A DNA stretch of 64,000 bases, taken from the NCBI GenBank assembly GCA_047602425.1, contig JASGHG010000001.1, forward strand, positions 352,001 through 416,000, read 5' to 3'. This document shows positions 1 through 9,705 of this stretch, in pieces; position 1 is the first letter of the stretch, and the number at the start of each line of letters is the position of its first letter. The notes under the pieces were generated by a model. The model was not told where the DNA came from. It saw only the letters and a program-made list of their open reading frames with translations, and did no database searches. The stretch is from Nibricoccus sp. Lineage in GTDB: Bacteria > Verrucomicrobiota > Verrucomicrobiia > Opitutales > Opitutaceae. Made by a program: the position numbers and the translations under genes.

Positions 1-140
1 TTATCAGCATCGATATCGAAGAGCCTGTATTTGTCCTTGAAACCAAAGGTGGTAAATACCGGTTCGTTATCGCCCTCAGTGAGGACCACGTATTCTGCTT
101 CGACGAGTTAAACTTCTTCACGCCGCAAAAGAAGAAGTAA
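1..140 (+). CDS. 3' end of an unknown CDS running in from the left edge
   Basis: Open frame from position 3 (ISIDIEEPVFVLETKGGKYRFVIALSEDHVFCFDELNFFTPQKKK) ending at TAA 138-140; convergent with purM. Confidence 0.45.
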   Translation, partial: ISIDIEEPVFVLETKGGKYRFVIALSEDHVFCFDELNFFTPQKKK

Positions 141-202
141 CGCAACCGATGCTGCCAGCACTTTGGCGTTTTTAGCTCAAGCTAATCCAAACCGCGGCAG
201 GC

Positions 203-1309
203 TCAGCGAACTTGCAGCGTGTCGCCTTCGTAAGCCAAGCCGAGCGACGGAATGACGACCGCTTTGCGCGCGCCTTCTTTTTTTACGCGGCCGGCCAGCC
301 ACGCATCGTATCCTGCGGCTTTCGCGGCTTCGAGCACGGGCTCAGCCAACTCGGGCGCCACGTACGCGGCAAAACCTATGCCTTGGTTAAAGGTGGCATA
401 CATTTCGCGCTTCGAAATCGGGCCGGCCTTTTCGAGAAATTGAAACAACGCCGGTTCCTGACGCACGTTCGTGATTTCGTAGACGAACGGCTCTTCAAGT
501 CGCATGAGTTTGCGCCAGCCGTGGCCGGTGACATGCGCAACGTAATTGAGCTTCAATCCACGCTGCTGGCATTCGCGCACGAACTCGACGTAGATCACCG
601 AAGGCGCGAGCAGTGCCTCGCCGTAAGTGCGCGAGTCGCCAAAGCCAATTGGCGTCTGATATCCTTGCGGCAGTTGATCGGCGATTTTGCGGCAAAGCGT
701 GAGGCCGTTGGTCTGCACGCCGGAGGAAGCGAGGAAAATAATCGCGTCGCCGTCCTTCACGTCACCGGTGATGCGAAGGTTCTTTGGCGAGATTTTTCCG
801 ACCGCTGAACCGGCAAGCACGATGGTATTCGGTTCCACAATACCGCGCAGCGTCGGAGTCTCGCCTCCGCCCCAGACCGCGCCGGCCTGCTTGCAGCCCT
901 CGGCAAATCCGTCGACGAGGCCCTGCATGCGCTTTTCGTCTGAAAACCAGCCGGAATCGCCAACCGCCGCATGCATCGCGACGGAAATCGGCAGCGCGCC
1001 GCAGGTCGCGAGGTCATTCACGATGGTCGCAACGGTGTCGATCGATATCTCGCGATAAAAACATTTCCTAGTCTGCGCATAAACCGCGTCCGCAACCAGA
1101 TTCTTGGTGCCAAGGCCTTCCTCGACGTGAGCGAGGTAGTGATCCTCGGCCTCCATCAAATAGGCGCTTTCGCCGCGCGTGGTCGCGGGCTCGCTATAAC
1201 CATGATCCGCCAGCAATCCGGCGGTGGTGCGGGCGGCGCGCTGGCAGGCGCGTTTGAATGCGTCGAGTTGATCGTAACGGACACCGGAGGATTCGTAGGA
1301 AAGTCCCAT
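203..1309 (-). CDS. purM: Phosphoribosylformylglycinamidine cyclo-ligase (AIR synthase)
   Basis: YESSGV N-terminus, EGLGTK, VNDLATCGA, GGET, SSGVQTNG, AHVTGHG and TFNQGIG motifs; directly downstream of purF. Confidence 0.93.
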   Translation of the reverse strand: MGLSYESSGVRYDQLDAFKRACQRAARTTAGLLADHGYSEPATTRGESAYLMEAEDHYLAHVEEGLGTKNLVADAVYAQTRKCFYREISIDTVATIVNDLATCGALPISVAMHAAVGDSGWFSDEKRMQGLVDGFAEGCKQAGAVWGGGETPTLRGIVEPNTIVLAGSAVGKISPKNLRITGDVKDGDAIIFLASSGVQTNGLTLCRKIADQLPQGYQTPIGFGDSRTYGEALLAPSVIYVEFVRECQQRGLKLNYVAHVTGHGWRKLMRLEEPFVYEITNVRQEPALFQFLEKAGPISKREMYATFNQGIGFAAYVAPELAEPVLEAAKAAGYDAWLAGRVKKEGARKAVVIPSLGLAYEGDTLQVR

Positions 1310-1324
1310 GATTTGTCGGCGCGC

Positions 1325-3242
1325 TCAGTAGCTGCGGCCTTCGCTTTTTTCAAAATAGTTGATGAACGCCTGATTCACGACGCGGTAACCGCCAGGCGTC
1401 GGGTAGTTGCCGGTGAAATACCAGTCGCCACGATGGTTCGGCACGGCGATGTGAAGGTTTTCGACGGTTTGGAAAATGATTTCAATCTCGCCCTTCCACT
1501 CGATGTTTTTCGGCCGCACGAGTTCGACGATGCGTGTAGAAAGCTGCTCGGCGGAGAATGGCTCGTAGATTTTGCAGACGTGGTTCGTTCGTGTACCGCC
1601 GGCCGGCTTGGCGACTTCAGCGCGGCAAAGATTATAGACTTCCTCGATCAGGCCGCCCCGACCGTGGTCCTTGAGCAACGAAATCGCGGCTTCGAAGGCG
1701 ATGAATTTGCCAAGTTCCGACATGTCGATGCCATAGCAGTCGGGATAACGGATCTGCGGCGCGGTCGAAGCGATGACGATTTTGCGCGGGTTCAAGCGCG
1801 AAAGGATGCGCAGGATCGAGCGGCGCAGCGTGGTGCCGCGAACGATGGAATCGTCGACGCATACGAGAGCGTCATCGGGCTTTACCGAACCATACGCAAT
1901 GTCATAAACGTGGCTCGCGAGCTGGTTTCGCATCGCTTCCTGCCCGATGAACGTGCGGATTTTAATATCCTTGCTCACGACTTTCTCCGCGCGCGGCCAG
2001 TTGCGCAGGATGAGATCATCGATGAGCTGCTCGCTCAAATTACCCTCGCGCGCGGCTTTCATGATGGAGCTTTTTACCTCGTCGCGGCGGCGGGTTCGGA
2101 GCTGTTCCATCAGGCCGTAGAAGGCGATTTCAGCGGTGTTCGGGATGAAGCTGAAAACAGCGTTCCCAAAATCGCCGCCGACGGACTTAATCACCTGATC
2201 GACCATGCGACCGCCGAGGGCTTTGCGCTCGCGGTAAATGTCGAGGTCGTTGCCACGCGAAAAATAAATGCGTTCGAACGAACACGAGGACCGCGGCAAT
2301 GGCTCGGTGAAACGCGTGCTGGTGATCGCGCCGCGTTTTTTGATCACGACAACGTGGCCGGGCTCGACCTCTTTGACTTGATCGACGCTCAGATCGAACA
2401 CCGTCATGAGTGGTGCACGTTCGGAGGCGAAGGCGATCACCTCGTCGTTTTGGAAATAGTGACATGGACGGATACCGGACGGATCGCGCGCGACAAACGC
2501 GTCGCCATTGCCAACCATGCCGACCAAGGAATAACCTCCATCCCACTTTTTTGCGGAACGCGTGATGACACGGGCAATGTCGAGTTCGTCGTTGATGCGG
2601 CGGGTGATCTCGGCACCAGGCAGGTTTTGGTTACGCAGATTGCGGTAGAGGTCCTCGTGTTCCTCATCGAGGAAGAAACCGATTTTTTCGAGCAACGCCT
2701 GCGTGTCGGTGGCAAAAATCGGATGCTGGCCCATCGCGATGAGGCTGTCGTTCAGCTCCGCGGTGTTGGTCATGTTGAAATTTCCGCAGAGCGCGAGATT
2801 GCGCGTCGGACCACGAACTGCGGCGGAAATAAGGATGGCACGAACTCATGTTGTAGCCACCCGAAGTGCCGTAGCGGAGATGGCCCATGAAAAGTTCGCC
2901 GCCAAAGTCGAAGTGCTGCTTCACCGTGTCGGCGAATTCGGGATGAATTTCGCCGGTGGAAACTTTTTCGTTATAGGCGGACAGAAGCGTCCTGAAGATC
3001 TTGTCCAGCGGGTTGGTCTTCACGCAACGCTCGCGGTACATGTAGGGCTCGCCCGGAGCCATATCGAGTTTCACACAGGCCACGCCCGCGCCGTCCTGGC
3101 CGCGATTGTGCTGCTTTTCCATGAGCAGAAAGAGCTTCGTGAACCCCCACAGTGGCGAGCCGTATTTTTCCTGGTAATACGACAGCGGTTTGAGCAAGCG
3201 GACCAAGGCGATGCCGCACTCGTGGGTGATCTTATCGGACAT
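1325..3242 (-). CDS. purF: Amidophosphoribosyltransferase, split by an apparent +1 frameshift at ~2810
   Basis: N-part MSDKITHECG (propeptide plus Cys nucleophile), QHNRGQD, GHLRYGT. C-part FERIYFSR, VDDSIVRGTT, PQIRYPDCYGIDM. Deleting base 2810 joins the parts as RRSSWPTRNLALCGNFNMTN. Confidence 0.92.
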
Positions 3243-3463
3243 AGACAGATAGATAACGCAATCCGACGCGCGCGCAATCCGACGCGTGCCCGGCAGCCAC
3301 CCCCGGCGTTTTCAACGCTTGGTTTTCGAAGGTGACGTGGTTGTTAATTTTCACAGCCGTTAAAACCATGGGATGACGTCGTGAAACAAAATCTGGTCAA
3401 GGGTTTTCACCGGCTTCCCAAACCGCGCCGCAGTTCACAGGGAGCGCACCATCCGCCAGCGGC

Positions 3464-3493
3464 TTGACACCTCTCTCGGCACTCCCTTAATCC
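3464..3493 (+). promoter_or_regulatory. Putative sigma70 promoter of efp
   Basis: Perfect TTGACA at 3464-3469; TAAT-containing -10-like element at ~3486-3493; ATG at 3530. Confidence 0.45.
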
Positions 3494-3529
3494 AACACCC
3501 TTTCACAACTCAAAAACCCGTCTTCTGTC

Positions 3530-4087
3530 ATGCCCGCAGCCAACGATATCCGTAAAGGCCAAGTCATTAAATTCAACGGCGAGCCCCACCTCGTCATGGA
3601 AACCCAGCACCGCACCCCGGGCAACCTCCGCGCCTTTGTGCAGATCAAGATGCGCAACCTTCGCTACGGCAAAGCCCTCGATCAACGTTTCGCCTCCACC
3701 GACACCATCGAAGTTCTCCCGACCGAGAAGAAGTCCCTAGAGTTCAGCTACGCCGATCGCGACACGTACGCTTTCATGGATCCCGAGACCTTCGAGCAAA
3801 TCGAGCTCAACGCCACCACGCTCGGCGACGTGAAAAATTATCTCACCGCGGGTGGTAAAGTCGACGTCCTCTTCGTCGATGAAAAAGCGCTCACCGTCGA
3901 AGTCCCTTCCGCAGTCGCCCTCAAAGTCATCGAGAGTGCCGAAGGCATCAAAGGCGACACCGCCTCGAACGTTCAGAAACCGGCAAAACTCGAAACCGGC
4001 CTCGTTGTTCAAGTCCCCCTCTTCGTCAAGGAAGGCGAAATCATCCGCATCAACACCACCGACGGCACCTACCTCGGTCGCGCCTAA
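3530..4087 (+). CDS. efp: Translation elongation factor P
   Basis: 185 aa; HRTPGNLRAF loop, GIKGDTA, KPAKLETG, VPLFVKEGE, YLGRA C-terminus. Confidence 0.95.
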   Translation: MPAANDIRKGQVIKFNGEPHLVMETQHRTPGNLRAFVQIKMRNLRYGKALDQRFASTDTIEVLPTEKKSLEFSYADRDTYAFMDPETFEQIELNATTLGDVKNYLTAGGKVDVLFVDEKALTVEVPSAVALKVIESAEGIKGDTASNVQKPAKLETGLVVQVPLFVKEGEIIRINTTDGTYLGRA

Positions 4088-4114
4088 TCACCCCGGTAAG
4101 CCTCCTTCATTTTC

Positions 4115-4144
4115 AAACGCGGCCCACACGGGCCGCGTTTTTTT
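4115..4144 (+). terminator. Intrinsic terminator after efp
   Basis: AAACGCGGCCC-ACAC-GGGCCGCGTTT followed by a T run. Confidence 0.8.
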
Positions 4145-4535
4145 GTCGTCCGAGCGGAGCAGGGGCCAGTTCCTCCGCCTGAGGGTTGTTACAAAGACGA
4201 CCGCTTTCTCGGCGCGCGTTCTAGGTTTAAAAGTGAGCACTTAGCTGAACAATTTTTCGCCGGATAGTTTGTCATTTAATACGTTACAAACTATCCGCCA
4301 GAGCCAAAACGATTCAGATTCTACGCGTCGTTCATAGGGATCCGCGTAAAGTGAGCTTTGGCGTCCAGCGATTGGCAACACAGTCGTTTCGGTCCCTTGG
4401 CAGTTTAGACAAGGCTTGTAGGGTTTCTTCGACCGGGCCTTCGGACTTCCCTATCGCGGCGCCAAAGCGCCCTCTTCCAACTGTCAGGCAAGCAACCCCG
4501 TTGAACAGTATGACGGCGTTTTCCTAACTCGCTTC

Positions 4536-5732
4536 ATGCGAACCCCGTTCCGCCCATTTCTTACCGCAATTTGCCTGGCCGCTGTCACCCCTTCGATTTT
4601 TGCGGCCGACACCACCGCCCACGCTGTCGCCGGTACGCCCGCCAGCGCTCATTTCGCCAACTGGCCCAAGGGCGCCTCGCCCCAGGAAGTCGGCAAGCTT
4701 ATCGCGGAAAATTTCGTGGTTCGTCCGCACGGCAACTTGGGACGTCCTCGCAACCCACGCTTCATCATCTATCCCGAAGTCTGCGCGTGGTATGGTTCGC
4801 TGACCTTCGCCCAACTCACAGGCGACAAAGACCTCACTCAACGCCTCATCACCCGCTTCGATCCGTTGCTGACGCCGGCCGAAGCCAAGCTCATCCCAAA
4901 CCCCATCCACGTCGACCTCTCCGTTTTTGGCGCTCTCCCTCTTGAAATTTATCTTCAAACGAAGGACACCCGTTACCTCGCGCTCGGCCAGTGGGCAGCC
5001 GATACCCAATGGGCTGTGCCGAACCCAAATCTTACCGCCAATTGGGAGGATCTCACCGAGCAAAATGGCGATGCCGCCGCCTTGATGGCCCAGGGTTTGT
5101 CGCCGCAAACCCGCTACTGGATCGACGACATGTACATGATCAACATCCTCCAGGCGCAGGCTTTTCGCGCGACTAAAAATCCCGTTTATCTCGATCGCGC
5201 CGCCCGGGAAATGGTTTCGTACCTCGACAAGCTTCAACAGCGCAATGGACTCTTCTTCCACGCGCCCGACGCTCCGCACTTTTGGGGCCGAGGCAATGGC
5301 TGGTTCGCCGCCGGCTTCACCGAAATCCTCCGCGCGATGCCGGCCAACCACCCCCTTCGCAGTCAAATTCTGGCCGGATACCGTACCATGATGGCCTCCT
5401 TGCTGAAGTTCCAAGGCGAGGACGGCATGTGGCGCCAACTCGTCGACCGTCCCGAGTCCTGGCCGGAGACTTCTGGCTCCGCCATGTTCACCTTTGCCTT
5501 CATCACTGGCGTAAAAGAAGGCTGGCTCGACGAAAAAACCTACGGCCCCGCCGCCCGCAAAGCCTGGCTCGCGCTCGTCGGCTACCTCGACGAAAAAGCC
5601 AACCTCCGCGACGTCTGCGAAGGCACCAATAAAAAAGACGACTACGACTTCTACATGAAACGCGCAAAGGTCCTCGGCGACCTCCATGGCCAATCTCCCA
5701 TGCTTTGGTGCGCCTCAGCCCTCCTGCGCTGA
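4536..5732 (+). CDS. Secreted GH105/GH88 family unsaturated rhamnogalacturonyl hydrolase
   Basis: Signal peptide; WIDDMYM, GLFFH, FWGRGNGW, GMWRQL, ETSGSAM motifs. Confidence 0.88.
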   Translation: MRTPFRPFLTAICLAAVTPSIFAADTTAHAVAGTPASAHFANWPKGASPQEVGKLIAENFVVRPHGNLGRPRNPRFIIYPEVCAWYGSLTFAQLTGDKDLTQRLITRFDPLLTPAEAKLIPNPIHVDLSVFGALPLEIYLQTKDTRYLALGQWAADTQWAVPNPNLTANWEDLTEQNGDAAALMAQGLSPQTRYWIDDMYMINILQAQAFRATKNPVYLDRAAREMVSYLDKLQQRNGLFFHAPDAPHFWGRGNGWFAAGFTEILRAMPANHPLRSQILAGYRTMMASLLKFQGEDGMWRQLVDRPESWPETSGSAMFTFAFITGVKEGWLDEKTYGPAARKAWLALVGYLDEKANLRDVCEGTNKKDDYDFYMKRAKVLGDLHGQSPMLWCASALLR

Positions 5733-5763
5733 CCGAATCAGTCAAAGTATCCAAAATTTCCCC

Positions 5764-5795
5764 GCCCCGGCCGCCAATATGCGCCGGGGCTTTTT
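5764..5795 (+). terminator. Intrinsic terminator after the GH105 gene
   Basis: GCCCCGGC...GCCGGGGC stem followed by TTTTT. Confidence 0.65.
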
Positions 5796-6025
5796 ATTGG
5801 CCACACGAGGCCTTCGCGTTTTCGCTCCTCGGCTTTTCAAGTAGCCGGTCGCCGGCCCCCAAAAAAACGGCGAGCTATCAAATCCAGCCGCTGACAGGGC
5901 TGGCTGACGGCATCGACGACCGCAATAATTTCCGCGGCATGATGCTTTTTATGGGAAGTGGGTGTAGCGTATTACCGTAAACGGGGGCTTTGCCACCAAA
6001 CCGTTCCATCCACACCAAAACTGCC

Positions 6026-6490
6026 ATGGACCAAGCCACGTTGATCGCAAAATTCCTCTTCTTCGCGTCGCTGGCGGGACTGCTCGGAGCGGCGGCGATG
6101 ACCGTGACGATGTGGGCCATCTCCAGTACACGCTGGGCACGGACGAACATGATTGTCGCCGTGGGCAGCCTGCTCACCAAATCGCGCGACAACGCTTTTC
6201 TCGTCGGCCTGTTCCTTCACGGCATCTCGGCGGTCGTTTTTGGCATCGTCTACGGTTTACTCCTTCTGGCCGTTGGTTTGGCAAATTGGCCCGCCGCGCT
6301 CTTTGCCGGCGGAGGACTCGGAGTCTTTCACGGGCTCGTCGTGAGTCTTTCGCTTTGCTGGCTGGTCGCCGAGCAGCATCCCGTGGAAGAATTTCGCCAC
6401 GTCAGCATAGCGGTGGCATTCACGCATTTTGTCGGGCACGTCGTCTACGGCGCGGTGGTCGGTTTGGTGGTTGCACTCGTGCCGTTGTAA
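6026..6490 (+). CDS. Four-helix integral membrane protein of unknown function
   Basis: Four hydrophobic segments with intramembrane His residues (LFLHG, VFHG, THFVGHVVYG); ATG 6026 preferred over the ORF-track start 5990. Confidence 0.7.
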   Translation: MDQATLIAKFLFFASLAGLLGAAAMTVTMWAISSTRWARTNMIVAVGSLLTKSRDNAFLVGLFLHGISAVVFGIVYGLLLLAVGLANWPAALFAGGGLGVFHGLVVSLSLCWLVAEQHPVEEFRHVSIAVAFTHFVGHVVYGAVVGLVVALVPL

Positions 6491-6505
6491 AATCGGCCCG
6501 CTCCG

Positions 6506-6994
6506 CTAAAAAATATCCATCAATGCCCGCAAATCCGGATCCTTATCCCATTCGTCCTCGAAGCCTTTGTCCAATTTGATGGCGCGTTTCAGTCGCTTGC
6601 CCGCCTCCTCCATGTAGCCCAAAAGGCAGGCGTAGCAGGCGAGGTTGTAGTGCAGGATCGCCGATTTGTGTCCGTACATTTTTTCAGCCCTCAGCAGGAC
6701 CGCCTCCGCTTCTTTGACACGCTGTAATTCCCGCAGTGCGTAAGCCCAGGAAATCCACAATTGCTCGTCCTCCGGCGTGAACTCGGCGATGGCCTCCGCG
6801 CGCCCCACGACGCCCTCCCACTGCTTCGCCTCCATTGCCAGGTCGACCCACACCCGTTGCACATCCAATGTTCCGTGGTCCTCCTTGTCGATAGCGTTAA
6901 GTTCGTCCTCCGCTTCCTTGATCATGCCAAGCCCAATGTAGCCTTTTGCATACTCGAGCCGCTTACCGGTGGAAATGGACGATCGAGAACTCAC
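6506..6994 (-). CDS. Tetratricopeptide-repeat protein
   Basis: TPR-like helices; C-terminal HYNLACYAC...A..L..AI.LD...DPDL motif. Confidence 0.8.
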   Translation of the reverse strand: MSSRSSISTGKRLEYAKGYIGLGMIKEAEDELNAIDKEDHGTLDVQRVWVDLAMEAKQWEGVVGRAEAIAEFTPEDEQLWISWAYALRELQRVKEAEAVLLRAEKMYGHKSAILHYNLACYACLLGYMEEAGKRLKRAIKLDKGFEDEWDKDPDLRALMDIF

Positions 6995-7219
6995 GACAAA
7001 TTCAATGGAAACGAAAAACCGACGGACGCAAGAACCGCTTATAGCTCTGCGTCATGGGGCGGCAAAACCAGATCCGGCATTTCTGCCCGGCTCCAACCCG
7101 GCGGGTTTCCTTGCGCGAGAGTCCGGAGAACTCCTACAGCTCTCCCAACAAGTGGCTGAAACAGAAGCCCGCGCCCAGTCTTGTCTTCGACGCAGCTTTC
7201 GGCTGTGCTCTTTGGCGTC

Positions 7220-7399
7220 ATGGCTCGGAAGCCTACTCGCGAAGAACAGCAACGCATGTGTACCGGCAAACGTCGTTACGCCTCCGATGTCGACGCCCTC
7301 GATGCCGCCCTGATGATCGGTGTCGAACGCACCCGCAAAGCCTACCGCTGCCCCCTTTGCCTGCGCTGGCACCTGACGACGACCCGGCCAAGTCGGTAA
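7220..7399 (+). CDS. Small putative Zn-binding protein (59 aa)
   Basis: MARKPTREEQQRMCTGKRRY...AYRCPLCLRWHLT; C...CxxC...H ligand set. Confidence 0.65.
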   Translation: MARKPTREEQQRMCTGKRRYASDVDALDAALMIGVERTRKAYRCPLCLRWHLTTTRPSR

Positions 7400-7687
7400 C
7401 TAAGTCGCCGGAAGTGGCGTTGTGGATTGACCGCCACCTTCCATCTCACGATTAAAATCTGCGGCGGCTGTGAAGGCTATTTACGACCATCGATTTCATT
7501 GCCGGACATGAGCGCCACCAGCGGCGAACGCCCGCCGCCACGTTGTGCGTCTCCGCCCGCGTTCGCCGATTCTTATCCCTTAAATCATTTTGCATAAGCC
7601 TGGCGAATATCCCAGCGCGCCTGAGGATTTTCCGGCCTTTTCCGCGTCAAGGCCCATGAGTTTTGTGACGAATAAAGCCATGCACTC

Positions 7688-9610
7688 ATGCATCACCATG
7701 GTTCCATCCGTTTCACTATTTCTCGTCGGCTTCTGCTGCTTACACTCATTCCTGTAGTAGGCTTGCTAAGCTTGGGGGGCTTCGCCTTCCAGTCGCTCTA
7801 CAAGTCTTTCAAAAACTTCGAGGACGACGCGGCCACTCTTGCGCTGTTTCAACAAGAGATCGTCGACCTCAATGCGTTCACCGCGCCGCTTCAGCGCGAA
7901 CGCGATGCCGCACTCGCCGTCTACGCCCATCGCGACGACCCGCAAGTCCTCGCCGCTTACCGCGCCACGTTTGCCGCCACCGATCGGACCATCGCCGATT
8001 TTCTCCGCCAACTTGACCAACTCGCCGACTCTCCGCGCAAAACTTTCTTCGCCGATAAAATCGCCGAAATCCGCATCCGTTTCGCCTCGCTCCTCCCCGA
8101 GGCCCGCGCCAACACCGAGGGCAATAAGGCCACCTCCGGGAAAACCTTCGGCATTTACCTACGCCTCGCCTTCGGCCGACTTCTTCTAACCGAATGCTAT
8201 CGGCCCATGCTCCTCACTTCCGATGGCATCAATGTCTTCGATGGTCTATTCACGCTGTTGAAAATCCAGCAGCAGGAAATCCTTGTCTGCTCGCTCCTCC
8301 TCCACGGCACCGCCAATGGAGGACTCCAGCGCGACGAACTCGTCAACCTTCGCAAACAATTTTTCGCCATCACCGAAAGCGAATACTACCTGCGCAAATA
8401 TCAGCCCGAAACCCGCGCCTTCTGGGACGACTCGGCCCGCAAATCCGCCGACGACGCGCCCTTCTACATCTACCTAACCAATCTCGCCGGCTCGCTCGCC
8501 GAAAACACTCCGCTTCCACCCTTCAAGCCGCAAGCCCGCACACTCCCCGACTACGTCGCCGACCACCTTTCCGTTTTCCCTAAGGTCTACGATTTCGGTT
8601 TCAACGTCGCACTGAACGCTCTCAACGCGAGCGCCAGTCAAAATCTCGGCCGCGCTGAAATCATTGGCGCTGTCATGGGTGCCGTCGTCCTCGCCAGCCT
8701 CGCAGCCGCGTTCCTCATCGTGCGCAGCACAAAGACGAACCTTGTCAACGTCTCCAAAAATATCGACGAAGCCTCCGACGACGTGCAGGCCGCCTCCGCC
8801 CAGCTCAGCGTCGCCGGCGACCGCATCTCGCGCGACGCCACCAGCTACGCCGCCGCCATCGAGCAGATCGGCGCCTCGCTCAACGAACTCTCCGCCACCG
8901 CCGAAACCAACCGCCGGCAAAGTGAAAAAGCCGCCGCGTCCACCACGCAAATCCGCACCTCCGTCGATACCGGCCTCGGCACAATCCAGGAACTGGATAC
9001 AGCCATGAACTCCGCCCGGGTTTCAGGTCAGAAAATCGTCCAGATCATTTCCCGCATCAACGACATTTCTTTTCAGACCAACCTCCTCGCGCTCAATGCC
9101 GCCGTTGAAGCCGCCCGAGCGGGAGCCGCTGGAGCCGGTTTCGCTGTCGTCGCCGACGAAGTCCGCCAACTCGCCAAACGCGCCGCCGAAGCCGCCAAGG
9201 AAACCGAACAGCTCATCAACGAATCCAGCCGCGACACCGCCACCGCCATTGGCAAATCCGACGAGCTCTCCAAAAATTTCAAGAGCCTCTCCCTCGGCAT
9301 TCACGAAGTGAACGAGATCGTTGCCGTCATCAACGCCAACATCGCCCAACAAACCTCCGGAATCGCCGACATCAACAACGCGGTCTCAAAGCAGGGCGAG
9401 ATCGCGCAAAGCATCGCCGCCGCCGCTGAGGAAACCGCCAGCACGGCCTTCTCGATGGAAAACCAGGTCGAAAGTCTGAAGCAAACCGTCGGCCGCCTCG
9501 ATTCCCTCCTTGGCACCGCAAAGGCTACCATCGGCGAACAAGCCACCGAAACCGAACCGCTCTCCCCCGCCACACCCCTGCCAGCCCGCGCAACCGCCAG
9601 CGCCCGCTGA
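7688..9610 (+). CDS. Methyl-accepting chemotaxis protein with NIT-like periplasmic sensor
   Basis: Two TM segments; LQRERD resembles the NIT-domain LQxERG motif; signalling hairpin [31 protein letters not shown]. Confidence 0.88.
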   Translation: MHHHGSIRFTISRRLLLLTLIPVVGLLSLGGFAFQSLYKSFKNFEDDAATLALFQQEIVDLNAFTAPLQRERDAALAVYAHRDDPQVLAAYRATFAATDRTIADFLRQLDQLADSPRKTFFADKIAEIRIRFASLLPEARANTEGNKATSGKTFGIYLRLAFGRLLLTECYRPMLLTSDGINVFDGLFTLLKIQQQEILVCSLLLHGTANGGLQRDELVNLRKQFFAITESEYYLRKYQPETRAFWDDSARKSADDAPFYIYLTNLAGSLAENTPLPPFKPQARTLPDYVADHLSVFPKVYDFGFNVALNALNASASQNLGRAEIIGAVMGAVVLASLAAAFLIVRSTKTNLVNVSKNIDEASDDVQAASAQLSVAGDRISRDATSYAAAIEQIGASLNELSATAETNRRQSEKAAASTTQIRTSVDTGLGTIQELDTAMNSARVSGQKIVQIISRINDISFQTNLLALNAAVEAARAGAAGAGFAVVADEVRQLAKRAAEAAKETEQLINESSRDTATAIGKSDELSKNFKSLSLGIHEVNEIVAVINANIAQQTSGIADINNAVSKQGEIAQSIAAAAEETASTAFSMENQVESLKQTVGRLDSLLGTAKATIGEQATETEPLSPATPLPARATASAR

Positions 9611-9705
9611 CCGCCCCAATTTGTAGCCGCGGTCGTCGGCCACAATCGCTCATTCTACTCGCGTAATCTTGCAGCAAGCCCTCATCCGTACACTTCAACG
9701 AGAGC

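Noticed and set aside
971..2890. 639-aa + strand ORF
   Set aside because: Antisense shadow of purF/purM, typical of high-GC codon bias; no motifs
1325..3242. Programmed frameshifting or true pseudogenisation of purF (likewise pfkA and BON)
   Set aside because: No slippery run at the sites, no other decay, and the identical lesion in two unrelated genes favours sequencing error
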